Of a DNA stretch of 64,000 bases, positions 55,404-64,000 are shown in pieces. Origin of the DNA: Minisyncoccia bacterium (GTDB lineage: Bacteria; Patescibacteriota; Minisyncoccia; UBA6257; 2-01-FULL-56-20); assembly GCA_050008535.1 (NCBI GenBank), contig JBEKML010000001.1, positions 194,246 through 258,245 of the forward strand. The letters are read 5' to 3'. The translations under genes and the position numbers were made by a program. How positions within the stretch are numbered: position 1 is the first letter of the stretch; each line of letters opens with the position of its first letter. The notes under the pieces were generated by a model. It ran no database searches, was not told the origin of the DNA, and worked only from the letters and a program-made list of their open reading frames with translations.

Positions 55404-56105
55404 ATGCTGTCAAAATTCAGGGAATTTCTCCACAGGCATCCGGGATTGCGGAACGGCATCCGCGAACTTCGCTGGCAGCTGAAAAGGATTCCGGTGATCA
55501 ATCGCGCCTCCATCGCCTTTGACGCGGCCTATTTCAAAGATGCCGGCGAGGAGCGGCCGAATGCCGACGTTCATGGCGGAGCGGACAAGTATTCCGAGGC
55601 CTACGCGAAGTTCATCGTCCCGCGAACCTACGGGCGGGTGCTTGACGTGGGATGCGGCCGCGGGTATCTCACGCGGCGCATTGCGCAGAATCCCCGCGTT
55701 GAGGCGGTCGTGGGGATCGATAAGATCGAGGATTTTGGGAGCCCTCATCCGAAGATAACCTATGTGAGCGAGGATCTGCCGCCGGCGGGGGATTTCCCCG
55801 GGAAGTTTGACGTGGTGGTTGCGAGCGAATTCGTTGAACACATTGCCGAGGAGGACCACAAAAAGATCGTGGCGAAAGCCGCCCGGGCGCTCAAGCCCGG
55901 CGGCATCTACATCGGCTCCACGCCGCACAACCCGACCAACTTCAAGACATTTTCCGGATCGCGGTTCCATATCCGCGAGTATAATGAAAAGGACCTTAAA
56001 AATATCCTTCAATCATTCTTTCACGATGTTCGCGTGACGGCGCTTCCGGAACATTGCCTTGTGTGGGAAGCGCGGCGCGCGATCACGAACCATGCCACCC
56101 GTTAA
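55404..56105 (+). CDS. class I SAM-dependent methyltransferase
   Basis: Contains 'VLDVGCGRGYLTRRIA'. Confidence 0.7.
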   Translation: MLSKFREFLHRHPGLRNGIRELRWQLKRIPVINRASIAFDAAYFKDAGEERPNADVHGGADKYSEAYAKFIVPRTYGRVLDVGCGRGYLTRRIAQNPRVEAVVGIDKIEDFGSPHPKITYVSEDLPPAGDFPGKFDVVVASEFVEHIAEEDHKKIVAKAARALKPGGIYIGSTPHNPTNFKTFSGSRFHIREYNEKDLKNILQSFFHDVRVTALPEHCLVWEARRAITNHATR

Positions 56106-56931
56106 GCAAAAACCGGTTATAAGCGTCATTATGCCCACCTATAACCGGGCGGGAGTGCTTCCGCGCGCGATACAGAGCGTTCTCGCGCAATCATTTTCCG
56201 ATTGGGAGCTCATTGTTGTTGACGACGCTTCCACGGATGAAACGCCGCGCGTGCTCGCCGAATTCGCGGCACGCGATCCGCGCATCGTGGTTGTGGGAAA
56301 CAAAAAGAACAACTATCCGGACATTTCAAAAACATTGAACGATGGCATGGCGAAGGCGCGAGGGAAATATATCGCGCGCCTGGACGACGACGATTATTGG
56401 GTCGATGACCGCAAATTGGAGAAGCAACTTTCTTTTTTGGAAAAACATCCCGATTATGTTGTGGTCGGCAGCGGCATGATTATCGTTGATGCGGCGGGCC
56501 GCGAGCTTTCCCGATATGCCAAAAGGGAAACTGACAAGGACATTCGGAGAACGGCGCTCTTTGCGAACCCGTTCTCGCACACGACCGTCCTTTTTCGGGC
56601 GGACGTGGCGCGCGCTGTCCACGGTTACGGCGATTGGCGCTATGCCGAGGACTGGGACCTGTGGCTCAAGATGGGGATGCGGGGAAAGTTCTACAATCTC
56701 CCGGAATATCTCACGGCCTATACCATGGCTGGCCAGAACAAATCTTTTACCTACCAGCGGGCGCAGAGCCGCATGATGCTGCAGCTTATCGCCGTGCACC
56801 GAAAGGAATATCCGGGTTTTTGGAGGGCGTATCTATTGAACGGCACACAATACCTCTATTCGTTCCTGCCGGTCGCGATCCGCCGCCCATTGCACGCTTT
56901 CCTCGTTGGCATCAAGCGCAAATTCTTTTAA
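56092..56931 (+). CDS. glycosyltransferase family 2
   Basis: Contains 'VISVIMPTYNRAGVLPRAIQSVLAQSFSDWELIVVDDASTDET'. Confidence 0.75.
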   Translation: MPPVKQKPVISVIMPTYNRAGVLPRAIQSVLAQSFSDWELIVVDDASTDETPRVLAEFAARDPRIVVVGNKKNNYPDISKTLNDGMAKARGKYIARLDDDDYWVDDRKLEKQLSFLEKHPDYVVVGSGMIIVDAAGRELSRYAKRETDKDIRRTALFANPFSHTTVLFRADVARAVHGYGDWRYAEDWDLWLKMGMRGKFYNLPEYLTAYTMAGQNKSFTYQRAQSRMMLQLIAVHRKEYPGFWRAYLLNGTQYLYSFLPVAIRRPLHAFLVGIKRKFF

Positions 56932-56940
56932 TATCCATTT

Positions 56941-57708
56941 ATGGAACAGCATAAAAAGAAAATAACGCAGGCATTCATTTTGGGAGCGGGACTCGGGACC
57001 CGCCTGCGGCCGCTCACCGACACGATGCCGAAAGTAATGGTCCCTATTAACAAAGAAGGGAAGCCGCTCCTTGAGCACAGCATAGAATGGTTGCGTGATC
57101 ACGGCATCACCGATTTCGTCATCAATCTTCATTGTCTGCCCGATGTGATCACGTCCCATTTCGGCGACGGCAAGAAATGGGGCGTGCATATTGCCTACAG
57201 CGACGAAACGGATCAATTATTTGAAACGGGCGGAGCATTTTGGAAGGCAGCGCCGCTTCTTCAAGACCAATTTCTTTTCATGTACGGCGATGAACTTCAT
57301 TTTATTGATCCGCATCCGCTTATTGAATCGCATTTTGAGCGGGATGATGCGCTCGCGACCATTGTGCTCAAGACCTCCGATATCCCATCGAACGGCGAGA
57401 TAGCCGATTTCGATGCTGCTACCCGGCGCATCACCCGGTGGCAGACGCGGCCACATGCCGTTACGGAGTATACGGCCACTAGCATGCTGAACGCCGGCTT
57501 ATACGCTTTTTCCAAGAAGATTTTGAACTACATTCCGCCTGCCACTCCCATCAAATTGGACGGGGAGGTCATCCCCCGGGCGTTTGCGGCCCACGAGACC
57601 TTGTACGCCTTTCCGACCAACGAATCCATTCTTGACATCGGCACGCCGGAGAAGTACGAAATCGCGAAACAATATTATCGCGAGTGCACGGCAGAGAAAG
57701 CGATTTGA
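56941..57708 (+). CDS. sugar-phosphate nucleotidyltransferase
   Basis: Contains 'AFILGAGLGTRLRPLTDTMPKVMVPI'. Confidence 0.8.
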   Translation: MEQHKKKITQAFILGAGLGTRLRPLTDTMPKVMVPINKEGKPLLEHSIEWLRDHGITDFVINLHCLPDVITSHFGDGKKWGVHIAYSDETDQLFETGGAFWKAAPLLQDQFLFMYGDELHFIDPHPLIESHFERDDALATIVLKTSDIPSNGEIADFDAATRRITRWQTRPHAVTEYTATSMLNAGLYAFSKKILNYIPPATPIKLDGEVIPRAFAAHETLYAFPTNESILDIGTPEKYEIAKQYYRECTAEKAI

Positions 57709-57733
57709 CAGTTAGTAGTAAATAATTTATTAT
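57705..57733 (+). promoter_or_regulatory. sigma70-like promoter TTGACA-N17-TATTAT, followed by the same conserved leader motif seen at 33656-33707
   Basis: Seen directly in the sequence. Confidence 0.45.
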
Positions 57734-57789
57734 ATCGCCAGCAGTACAGTAATTCAAAACTAAATCTTGAGACTTGAGAGGAGAAGGTT

Positions 57790-58605
57790 GTGGAATACAC
57801 ACAGTTCACGGAAGCCCTAAGGAGCTTATTCTTTTGGCTCATGCCGAACTATCTCGGTAGGGCTCATGAAGGGATAGGCGACAAGATTAAAAAAGACGGG
57901 ACTCCGGTCGGGAGTTTGGACCATCTGGCACTCGCGGAACTCCGGAGGGTCGTCCTCGAGTTCTTCCCTGATGACCGCACGGTCGGCGAGGAAGACGGAG
58001 CAAGAGCCGCTTACAGCGCCGAAGGCCAGCCCGAGTGGAACCTCGACGGACTTGACGGGACAGGGAACCGCCGTATGGGCACGAATTCCTACGGAGGAGC
58101 TCTTTCGCGGCGACGGGGGGACGAGGTCCTCTACGCCGCCATCTTCAGGCCTGTCGATCAGGCGCTCCGCGGAAACGGGTTTTTCTACGCGGAGCGAAAC
58201 AAAGGTGCCTGGCAGTGGTGTGAGAAGCACGGGATCTATCACCGTATCCACACCGCTCGCGAAAACGAACTTGAACGGCCCGTGGTGATGCTCGAGGGAT
58301 CGTCCAAGAAACTCTTCAGGCCCCCAGTGTCCGAACTGGGGAAAGTCATCACGGCGAGACCGAGCTTTTCGGCCTGCGTGGCCACTACCACTGTCGCGCA
58401 GGGTCGCGCAAGCGCCCTTGTCGCAGTGGACAATGCGCCGTGGGACAATCTCCCTGCGATTCTTTTCGTGAAGGAAGCCGGCGGGATCGTTACCGATTGG
58501 AACGGCGATCCGCTGACATTCCAGACCTGCGGCAACATCATCGCGGCGGGGAACGCGGCCGACCACCGCGCGATACTCCAGATTTTGAAAGGAGCAACAC
58601 CTTGA
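57790..58605 (+). CDS. inositol monophosphatase-family protein (paralogue of 33708-34493)
   Basis: Contains 'EWNLDGLDGTGN' and 'VGEEDG'; a GTG start with an SD 'GAGAGGAGAAGG' upstream. Confidence 0.65.
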   Translation: MEYTQFTEALRSLFFWLMPNYLGRAHEGIGDKIKKDGTPVGSLDHLALAELRRVVLEFFPDDRTVGEEDGARAAYSAEGQPEWNLDGLDGTGNRRMGTNSYGGALSRRRGDEVLYAAIFRPVDQALRGNGFFYAERNKGAWQWCEKHGIYHRIHTARENELERPVVMLEGSSKKLFRPPVSELGKVITARPSFSACVATTTVAQGRASALVAVDNAPWDNLPAILFVKEAGGIVTDWNGDPLTFQTCGNIIAAGNAADHRAILQILKGATP

Positions 58606-59627
58606 CCGACGAAACGCGCATAGAGCTGATCCACTGGCCGGGAGGTTTTATCACCCGCGCTGGAGGAACGCGAACAGGCGTGAAGCTCAATCGACCATGG
58701 CAAGTGCCACTGGTCCAGAACGAGTTCCCTCCGGAGCTCTTTGACCGGATCGCACAAGTCCTTCCGCCCGACTTCTTTGAAACGGACTCGGCAACGTCGC
58801 AGTTTGGCGGACGCGAAGCGATTCGAGGGCTTTTCGCCGCGATTGCGACTGCGGTCGGGGAGGCAAAGAAGTCCCTGCCGCCGTGCGCCCTCTGCAAGAA
58901 GTACGTAACCGCGAGCCCAGTAACGCTGGCGGAAACCGTGCCGCCCGGATGGAAGGTGGTCCGGAACGATTTCACGCCCCACTATTTCCACATCCTCGTC
59001 ATCCCGGCGATGTGTTGGGAAGAAGAAGTTCTGCGCCGCCTCGGAGGGAGGGAGAAGATCGAGGAGATGCTTCGAGCGGCAATGAGTGTCGTTTGGAGCG
59101 GCGAGGCGGCAGATATGAATTTCTGGCTCGGCGTCCACGTTGGGTATCTCGCAGGCCAGAACTTCCCTCATCCGCACATGCACGAACTCCAAACCTCGGC
59201 GAACCCGCCGCACGTAACGCGGTCATTGTGGGAGGAACTGCGGAACCTCCAAACCGACGAACGTGTTGTTGCGGAAACTCCCAAGTTCGTCGTTTCTGCG
59301 GGAGGCCTGCGTGCAGGCCAACTGCTCATCATGCCAAAGAGCTTCATGCCGATGGCCAGTCACGACTTGATCGCCGAGCTCGCGGAGCTCCTCGACAAGA
59401 TCGTCACGCTCTGCGGGAACAAGTTCCGAAGCATTCAGGGCCTGCCCCCGGACTTTCATCTCTCGCTCGGCTTCTGCAACGGCAACTTCCAGGGCGGAGA
59501 ATACGTCCCGCGGCTCAACAATCGGGGGTTCACGGAGAGCTACCCTCTGACGTTCGGCCTTGCGGACGCCATCCCATTCATCCTGCCTTGGCCGCACTGG
59601 GAAACGGCCGCGTATCTGAAGAGCTAG
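58602..59627 (+). CDS. HIT-superfamily (GalT/Apa2-like, two half-sites) nucleotidyltransferase/phosphorylase
   Basis: Contains 'FPHPHMHEL' (the HxHxH triad) plus an N-terminal half-site 'TPHYFHILVIP'; a TTG start overlaps the upstream stop. Confidence 0.5.
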   Translation: MTDETRIELIHWPGGFITRAGGTRTGVKLNRPWQVPLVQNEFPPELFDRIAQVLPPDFFETDSATSQFGGREAIRGLFAAIATAVGEAKKSLPPCALCKKYVTASPVTLAETVPPGWKVVRNDFTPHYFHILVIPAMCWEEEVLRRLGGREKIEEMLRAAMSVVWSGEAADMNFWLGVHVGYLAGQNFPHPHMHELQTSANPPHVTRSLWEELRNLQTDERVVAETPKFVVSAGGLRAGQLLIMPKSFMPMASHDLIAELAELLDKIVTLCGNKFRSIQGLPPDFHLSLGFCNGNFQGGEYVPRLNNRGFTESYPLTFGLADAIPFILPWPHWETAAYLKS

Positions 59628-59784
59628 CCAGCTCTTCGTCACTGCCCGCCACCGTGGTCATTACGACACGGTGGCGGCTTTACTTTTTTGGATCCCTTCT
59701 TGCGCTCCTTGTAATACTTTTTAGGTAATGCCCCCGCTTACTTGAAATTTTTTTGTACTTGTGGTTACATATGGGAACAAAGCT

Positions 59785-60510
59785 ATGGTCTCTGTCACGA
59801 AGGGCGTGGTCTTGGCCGGCGGCTCGGGAACGCGGCTTCTTCCGCTTACCCTTGAGGTTCCGAAGCCGCTTATCACCGTCAAAAAGACCCCGCTTATCAA
59901 CTATAACCTCTCGCTTTTCCAGAAACACGGCGTCCGCGACGCGAAGGTTATTATCCGGCCGTCGGACCGGAAGGAATACGACCGATGGCTCCGGGAATAT
60001 CAGGGCTCTTTCCCTGGCATGCGCATTGAGCTGGTAGAGGAACCGGAACCGATGGGGACGATGGGATACGTCTTTCGCCATCTCCGCGAATGGATGGGGA
60101 GCGAAAATATTTTTGTGACGAACGGAGACGATATCAAAGAGATCGACCTTGGTGCAATGGCCGCATTCCACGGCCGCGCAAACGTCCTGGCAACGGTTGC
60201 GCTCATGACGATGGAGAAACCGGACGATTGCGGGACGGTGCTTGTGAAAGAAGATAAAGTTGTGGAATTTGTGGAGAAAAAAACGGGCTTGCCGGCAAGC
60301 CCCGTTTCCGCTGGCATGTATCTCATTTCCCCGGCCGCCATCAAGCACATGGCGGGGGTGATCTCTCTGGAGAAAAAATTCCTTATGTTTGAAAAAGACT
60401 TTTTCCCCGTGCTTGCGGTGGAGCGCCAGCTTGGCGGTTTTGTGTGCCGGGGTGTGTTCTTTGATTGCGGGACCTTCGAGCGCTGGCACCAGGCGATACG
60501 GGGATCCTAG
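59785..60510 (+). CDS. sugar-phosphate nucleotidyltransferase
   Basis: Contains 'VVLAGGSGTRLLPLTLEVPKPLI'. Confidence 0.75.
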   Translation: MVSVTKGVVLAGGSGTRLLPLTLEVPKPLITVKKTPLINYNLSLFQKHGVRDAKVIIRPSDRKEYDRWLREYQGSFPGMRIELVEEPEPMGTMGYVFRHLREWMGSENIFVTNGDDIKEIDLGAMAAFHGRANVLATVALMTMEKPDDCGTVLVKEDKVVEFVEKKTGLPASPVSAGMYLISPAAIKHMAGVISLEKKFLMFEKDFFPVLAVERQLGGFVCRGVFFDCGTFERWHQAIRGS

Positions 60511-61985
60511 CCAACGGCCGCTGCGCTCGGCGGCACTATGATCCGTTTTATTTCTTTAAGGAGCGGTTCCCGGAACGCATAGAGGAGCCCGAAGTAAAGG
60601 AGGGCGCAGACCACGATGTTCGCGATCACATTTGCGCCCGCGACAAAGAGAAGTGTCGTTGCTGCGGCCATGAGCACGCCCGCAGTAATGATCCGTCTAA
60701 GGTGCGGCAGCACCTCGAACGGATTTATTTTCTTCATCGCATGCCAGAGGTACCAATTGGAAAGGGCCTGTGCGATGAGCGTTGCGGTTGCGGAACCTGC
60801 GATGCCGAAGAAAGGGATCAGGAGAAGGTCGAGCGCCACGTTTGCGCCCGCGCCAATCGCGGACGAAACGATCAGGCTTTTTTGATGGTTGTATGCGAAA
60901 ATGGCATTGCTTACGATCACGGCGGGATAATCAAAGAGCAGCGTGATCATAAGGATCTTGAAAGATAATCCGCCCGAGGCATATGCCGCGCCGAAGACGA
61001 GCTGCATGATCTGTGTGCCCAGGATCACGCCGCCCAGGGCGAGCGGCACAGAGGCGAAGAAGATAAAGCTCACCGTTCGCTCTAGCGCTGCGCGGAACCG
61101 TTCGTTGTCTTTGTTTGCGAGACGGGCGAACATGGGCAGGGTGCTTAATTGAAGGATGCCCGGGACGAGGTACATCAGCTGGATGATGCGGATGGCCGCG
61201 GAATAAATACCGACCTCTCCTGCGCTCCGCATCCAGCTGATGATCAGGATGTCGGTATTGGTAAGGAGCCCGCCCAGGGCGCCCGTTATGGCGAATGGCC
61301 AGGCAGCCTGGAGGATGGGGATGATACGCCGCGGGGCGAACGCAAAAAAAATCTTTTTGAGATATCTGCGCACAACATATGCCGCCACCACCGCCCCGAT
61401 CGCGGTACCTGCGACGTATGCCCACGTGAAGGCCAGCGGGGTGAGTGCGATGTGCAGGAATATGAATCCGGCGACCGTGATCATAAGGTTGGTGAAAAGG
61501 AAGATCGCGGCTTCCCACTCCATTTTTTCCATGCTGCGTATGAGCGACGAGAAGAATTCGCGCAAGCTGTCAAAGGTGAAGATGAGGACAACGAGCGGGA
61601 GAAGGACCTTTGCGCCAGGGAGCGTGCTGAACAAGGGAGCGACAAAAAGAACAACAAGAGCGATGAGCACGACGATGCACAGCTTCATGACGAACGTGGT
61701 CGCAAAAAGCGTTTCGCGTTCTTTTTCATCCGCCTTTGCCGATTCCCTGATGAGGATGGAGTTTACGCCCGGATCGACAAAAAGGGTGAAGAAGGCGGCA
61801 AGCGTTACGGCGTAAGAAAATACCCCGTAGCCGTTCGTGCCGAGGACGCGGGCTGCGTAGATAATAATGATCGCCTTGAGCGCCCGGCCGCCGAAATTGG
61901 ATACGGAGGCCCAAAAGGTGTTTTTGGCGATGGTCTGCTTCGCCGTCTTGTTCTCAAAAAGGAAGGACCTGATTTTCTTTATCAT
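60507..61985 (-). CDS. Wzx-type polysaccharide/oligosaccharide flippase (MOP superfamily)
   Basis: 492 aa with about 12-14 TM helices. Confidence 0.75.
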   Translation of the reverse strand: MIKKIRSFLFENKTAKQTIAKNTFWASVSNFGGRALKAIIIIYAARVLGTNGYGVFSYAVTLAAFFTLFVDPGVNSILIRESAKADEKERETLFATTFVMKLCIVVLIALVVLFVAPLFSTLPGAKVLLPLVVLIFTFDSLREFFSSLIRSMEKMEWEAAIFLFTNLMITVAGFIFLHIALTPLAFTWAYVAGTAIGAVVAAYVVRRYLKKIFFAFAPRRIIPILQAAWPFAITGALGGLLTNTDILIISWMRSAGEVGIYSAAIRIIQLMYLVPGILQLSTLPMFARLANKDNERFRAALERTVSFIFFASVPLALGGVILGTQIMQLVFGAAYASGGLSFKILMITLLFDYPAVIVSNAIFAYNHQKSLIVSSAIGAGANVALDLLLIPFFGIAGSATATLIAQALSNWYLWHAMKKINPFEVLPHLRRIITAGVLMAAATTLLFVAGANVIANIVVCALLYFGLLYAFREPLLKEIKRIIVPPSAAAVG

Positions 61986-61996
61986 CGTGCGTTATA

Positions 61997-62485
61997 ATGA
62001 AGGATATAATGGAAAGCCGTAAAAAGAAAATCATAGTTGCGGTGAGCGGCGGCTTCGACCCGCTCCACATCGGGCACGTACGCATGTTTGAGCACGCGCG
62101 GGCGCTGGGCAACGAGCTCGTGGTGATCCTCAATAACGACCATTGGCTTCAGAAAAAGAAGCATCATATTTTCATGCGGCAGGAAGAGCGCAAGGAGATC
62201 CTTGAGGCGCTCCGGCCGGTGGACCGCGTGGTGCTCACGAAGCACGGCCCGAATCCGGGCGACATGAGCGTGTCCCGCGAATTGCGCGCGCTTCGGCCGG
62301 ACATTTTTGCGAACGGCGGCGATAGGAACAAAAAGGACGCGGCGAATCCCGCATCGTCGCTTTATAAAGACATCGCGACCTGCAAGGAGCTTGGGATCAG
62401 AATGGTCTTCAAGGTCGGCCACGGCGGAAAAGTACAATCAAGCTCGTGGCTGCTTGAGAAATATGTAAAAAAGGCGAAGCGCTAA
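61997..62485 (+). CDS. cytidylyl/adenylyl-transferase-like protein (HldE domain II / TagD-like)
   Basis: Contains 'IIVAVSGGFDPLHIGHVRMF'. Confidence 0.7.
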   Translation: MKDIMESRKKKIIVAVSGGFDPLHIGHVRMFEHARALGNELVVILNNDHWLQKKKHHIFMRQEERKEILEALRPVDRVVLTKHGPNPGDMSVSRELRALRPDIFANGGDRNKKDAANPASSLYKDIATCKELGIRMVFKVGHGGKVQSSSWLLEKYVKKAKR

Positions 62486-63405
62486 AGCGTCCGAAGTACT
62501 CGTGCGATGCCTTCCCGTAGTTTGACTTTCGGTTCCCAGCCGAAAGTTTTTTTTGCGTGGGTGCCGTCGAGCGAGATGCGATAGACCTCGCCCTTGCGAT
62601 AAGGGGCGTAGATGGGGCGGCCCGGGAAATCGGTCTCGCGTTTCACTGTGTCAAAGATCATCTGATCGGTGATGAGTTTTCCCCAGCCGAGGTTCATGAT
62701 CTCGTTTTTCCCGCGGCGGAGCGCCACGAGGTTTGCCCGCGCGATATCCTCCACGTAAACATAATCCCGCGCCTTTGTGCCGTCGCCGAAGATGGTCGGG
62801 CGCTTGCCGGCCCTCATAAGGCCGCCGAAAATGGCGACAACGCCCGCTTCGCCCTTCGGATTCTGCCGCGGGCCGTAGATGTTCGCGTAGCGGAAAATGC
62901 AGTAATGGAAACCATACAGGCGGGCGTAGAATTTGATCACTTCTTCGCCGAGCTGTTTTGAGAGGCCGTAGGGAGAGAGTGTGACCGCCGCCTCGGATTC
63001 GCTTGCGGGAATGTGTTTCGGTGCGCCGTACATGGCGCCGCCCGTGGAGGAAAAAATAAATTTGCGCCGCGCGCCGCCCTGGCCGTACTCGCCGAATGCC
63101 AAAAGAATGTTCGCGATGCCGAGCACGTTCGTTTGGAATGTGGGGATGGGATCGCGGAGCGATTTCACCACCTCCGCGATCGCGGCGTGGTGATTCACGA
63201 TCTCCGGTCGTTCCTTCTTGAAAATGCGGTCCATTTCCGCGCGGTCGCGGATGTCTGCTTTGTAAAATTTCGCTTTTGGATTTACGTTTTTGCGGAAACC
63301 GGTAAGAAGATTGTCAATGACGGCGACGCGGTGCCCCGCGTGGATATAGGCGTCAACGACATGCGAGCCGATGAATCCCGCACCGCCGGTTACAATTATC
63401 TTCAT
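62482..63405 (-). CDS. NAD-dependent epimerase/dehydratase (UDP-glucose 4-epimerase-like)
   Basis: Contains 'MKIIVTGGAGFIGSHVVDAY'. Confidence 0.8.
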   Translation of the reverse strand: MKIIVTGGAGFIGSHVVDAYIHAGHRVAVIDNLLTGFRKNVNPKAKFYKADIRDRAEMDRIFKKERPEIVNHHAAIAEVVKSLRDPIPTFQTNVLGIANILLAFGEYGQGGARRKFIFSSTGGAMYGAPKHIPASESEAAVTLSPYGLSKQLGEEVIKFYARLYGFHYCIFRYANIYGPRQNPKGEAGVVAIFGGLMRAGKRPTIFGDGTKARDYVYVEDIARANLVALRRGKNEIMNLGWGKLITDQMIFDTVKRETDFPGRPIYAPYRKGEVYRISLDGTHAKKTFGWEPKVKLREGIARVLRTL

Positions 63406-63424
63406 GCTCCTTATTATATCCCGC

Positions 63425-64000
63425 CTATTCCGGATTTACGAAAAGCGATTTAATGGTCTTAAGGACGATGGCAAGGTCAAGAATGGGCGACCGGTTCTTG
63501 AGGTAATAGATGTCGTACTGCAGCTTCTGTTTCACGTCTTCCAGTGTCAGGTCGGCGCGGTAGTGGATCTGCGCCCAGCCGGTCACGCCGGGCGTGACCA
63601 AGAGCCGCATCTCGTAGAAGGGGACCTGCGTTTTTAGCCTTGCCACGAATTCCGGGCGCTCCGGCCGCGGGCCCACGAAGGAAAGATCGCCGCGGATGAT
63701 ATTCCAGAGCTGCGGCAGCTCGTCGAGGTGGGTCGCGCGGATGAACTTCCCGAACGGCGTGACGCGCGCATCGTTCTTGCCGGCCCACTGCGCGCCGTTG
63801 GTCTCGGCTTGGCCGTCTGCGGAGAGCGCAACCATGCTTCTGAATTTATAGAACGTGAACGGCGCGCCGTTTTTTCCGGTACGCTGCTGCCGGATGAGCA
63901 CGGGGCCGCGCGAGGTGAGTTTCACCATGAGCGCAATAAGGATTTCAAGGGGCAGAAGAACGACGCCAATGAGCACGGCGAAGAAGAATTCAACGGCGCG
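63425..64000 (-). CDS. polyprenyl-phosphate sugar phosphotransferase (bacterial sugar transferase family); partial, the N-terminus lies beyond the window end
   Basis: Contains 'GPRPERPEFVARLKTQVPFYEMRLLVTPGVTGWAQIHYR'. Confidence 0.8.
   Translation of the reverse strand, partial: RAVEFFFAVLIGVVLLPLEILIALMVKLTSRGPVLIRQQRTGKNGAPFTFYKFRSMVALSADGQAETNGAQWAGKNDARVTPFGKFIRATHLDELPQLWNIIRGDLSFVGPRPERPEFVARLKTQVPFYEMRLLVTPGVTGWAQIHYRADLTLEDVKQKLQYDIYYLKNRSPILDLAIVLKTIKSLFVNPE

Noticed and set aside
57826-59213. 246-aa and 324-aa minus-strand ORFs
   Set aside because: Antisense to the IMPase-like and HIT-like genes.
58883-59728. 281-aa plus-strand ORF that is Arg/Pro-rich
   Set aside because: It is an alternative frame of the HIT-like gene. 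The HIT frame carries the HxHxH motif.
60931-61997. 195-aa minus-strand and 282-aa/191-aa plus-strand ORFs
   Set aside because: They are alternative or antisense frames within the Wzx flippase gene. The flippase frame is the one with multi-TM character.

Overview
This 64-kb window reads as a compact bacterial genome segment in the style of the Candidate Phyla Radiation (Patescibacteria). That assignment rests on gene content and tight packing; no 16S rRNA is present to confirm it. Genes are tightly packed, GC is moderately high (which produces many spurious antisense ORFs), and there are no CRISPR arrays, transposases or integrases.

The first ~29 kb is housekeeping. It carries a UbiB/ABC1 kinase, a family-4 uracil-DNA glycosylase, a membrane-anchored ClpC/ClpB-like double-AAA+ ATPase, DNA polymerase X, two Nudix hydrolases, and the infC-rpmI-rplT operon. 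It also carries tmRNA (ssrA) with smpB 1.5 kb away, arginyl-, isoleucyl- and tryptophanyl-tRNA synthetases (argS, ileS, trpS), RNase J, tRNA-Leu(CAG), an oligopeptide-type substrate-binding protein, secG, phosphoglycerate mutase (gpmI) and RNase Y.

From ~29 kb to the end of the window runs a very large cell-surface glycan locus. It carries the GDP-fucose genes (gmd, fcl, a GT11 fucosyltransferase) and two sets of GDP-D-glycero-D-manno-heptose genes (two gmhA, two GHMP kinases, and a fused hddC-gmhB). It also carries several SDR epimerase/dehydratases, two RmlC-like cupin epimerases, a DegT aminotransferase, a minimal split TPP-dependent alpha/beta enzyme, three methyltransferases, several glycosyltransferases, a Wzy/O-antigen-ligase-like protein, a Wzx flippase and an initiating sugar phosphotransferase that runs off the window end.

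The observations most worth a second look are these:
- an intact histidine-phosphatase (PGAM-like RHG) domain of ~200 aa inserted inside the isoleucyl-tRNA synthetase;
- a membrane cassette around a transmembrane-anchored Clp ATPase whose first nucleotide-binding domain is degenerate;
- a ~310-nt structured noncoding region ending in a terminator, which I could not classify;
- two paralogous IMPase-family genes 24 kb apart that share the same promoter/leader motifs and are partnered with a Nudix hydrolase in one case and a HIT/GalT-like enzyme in the other;
- a high-GC, autonomously transcribed HD-domain gene sitting inside the glycan cluster.
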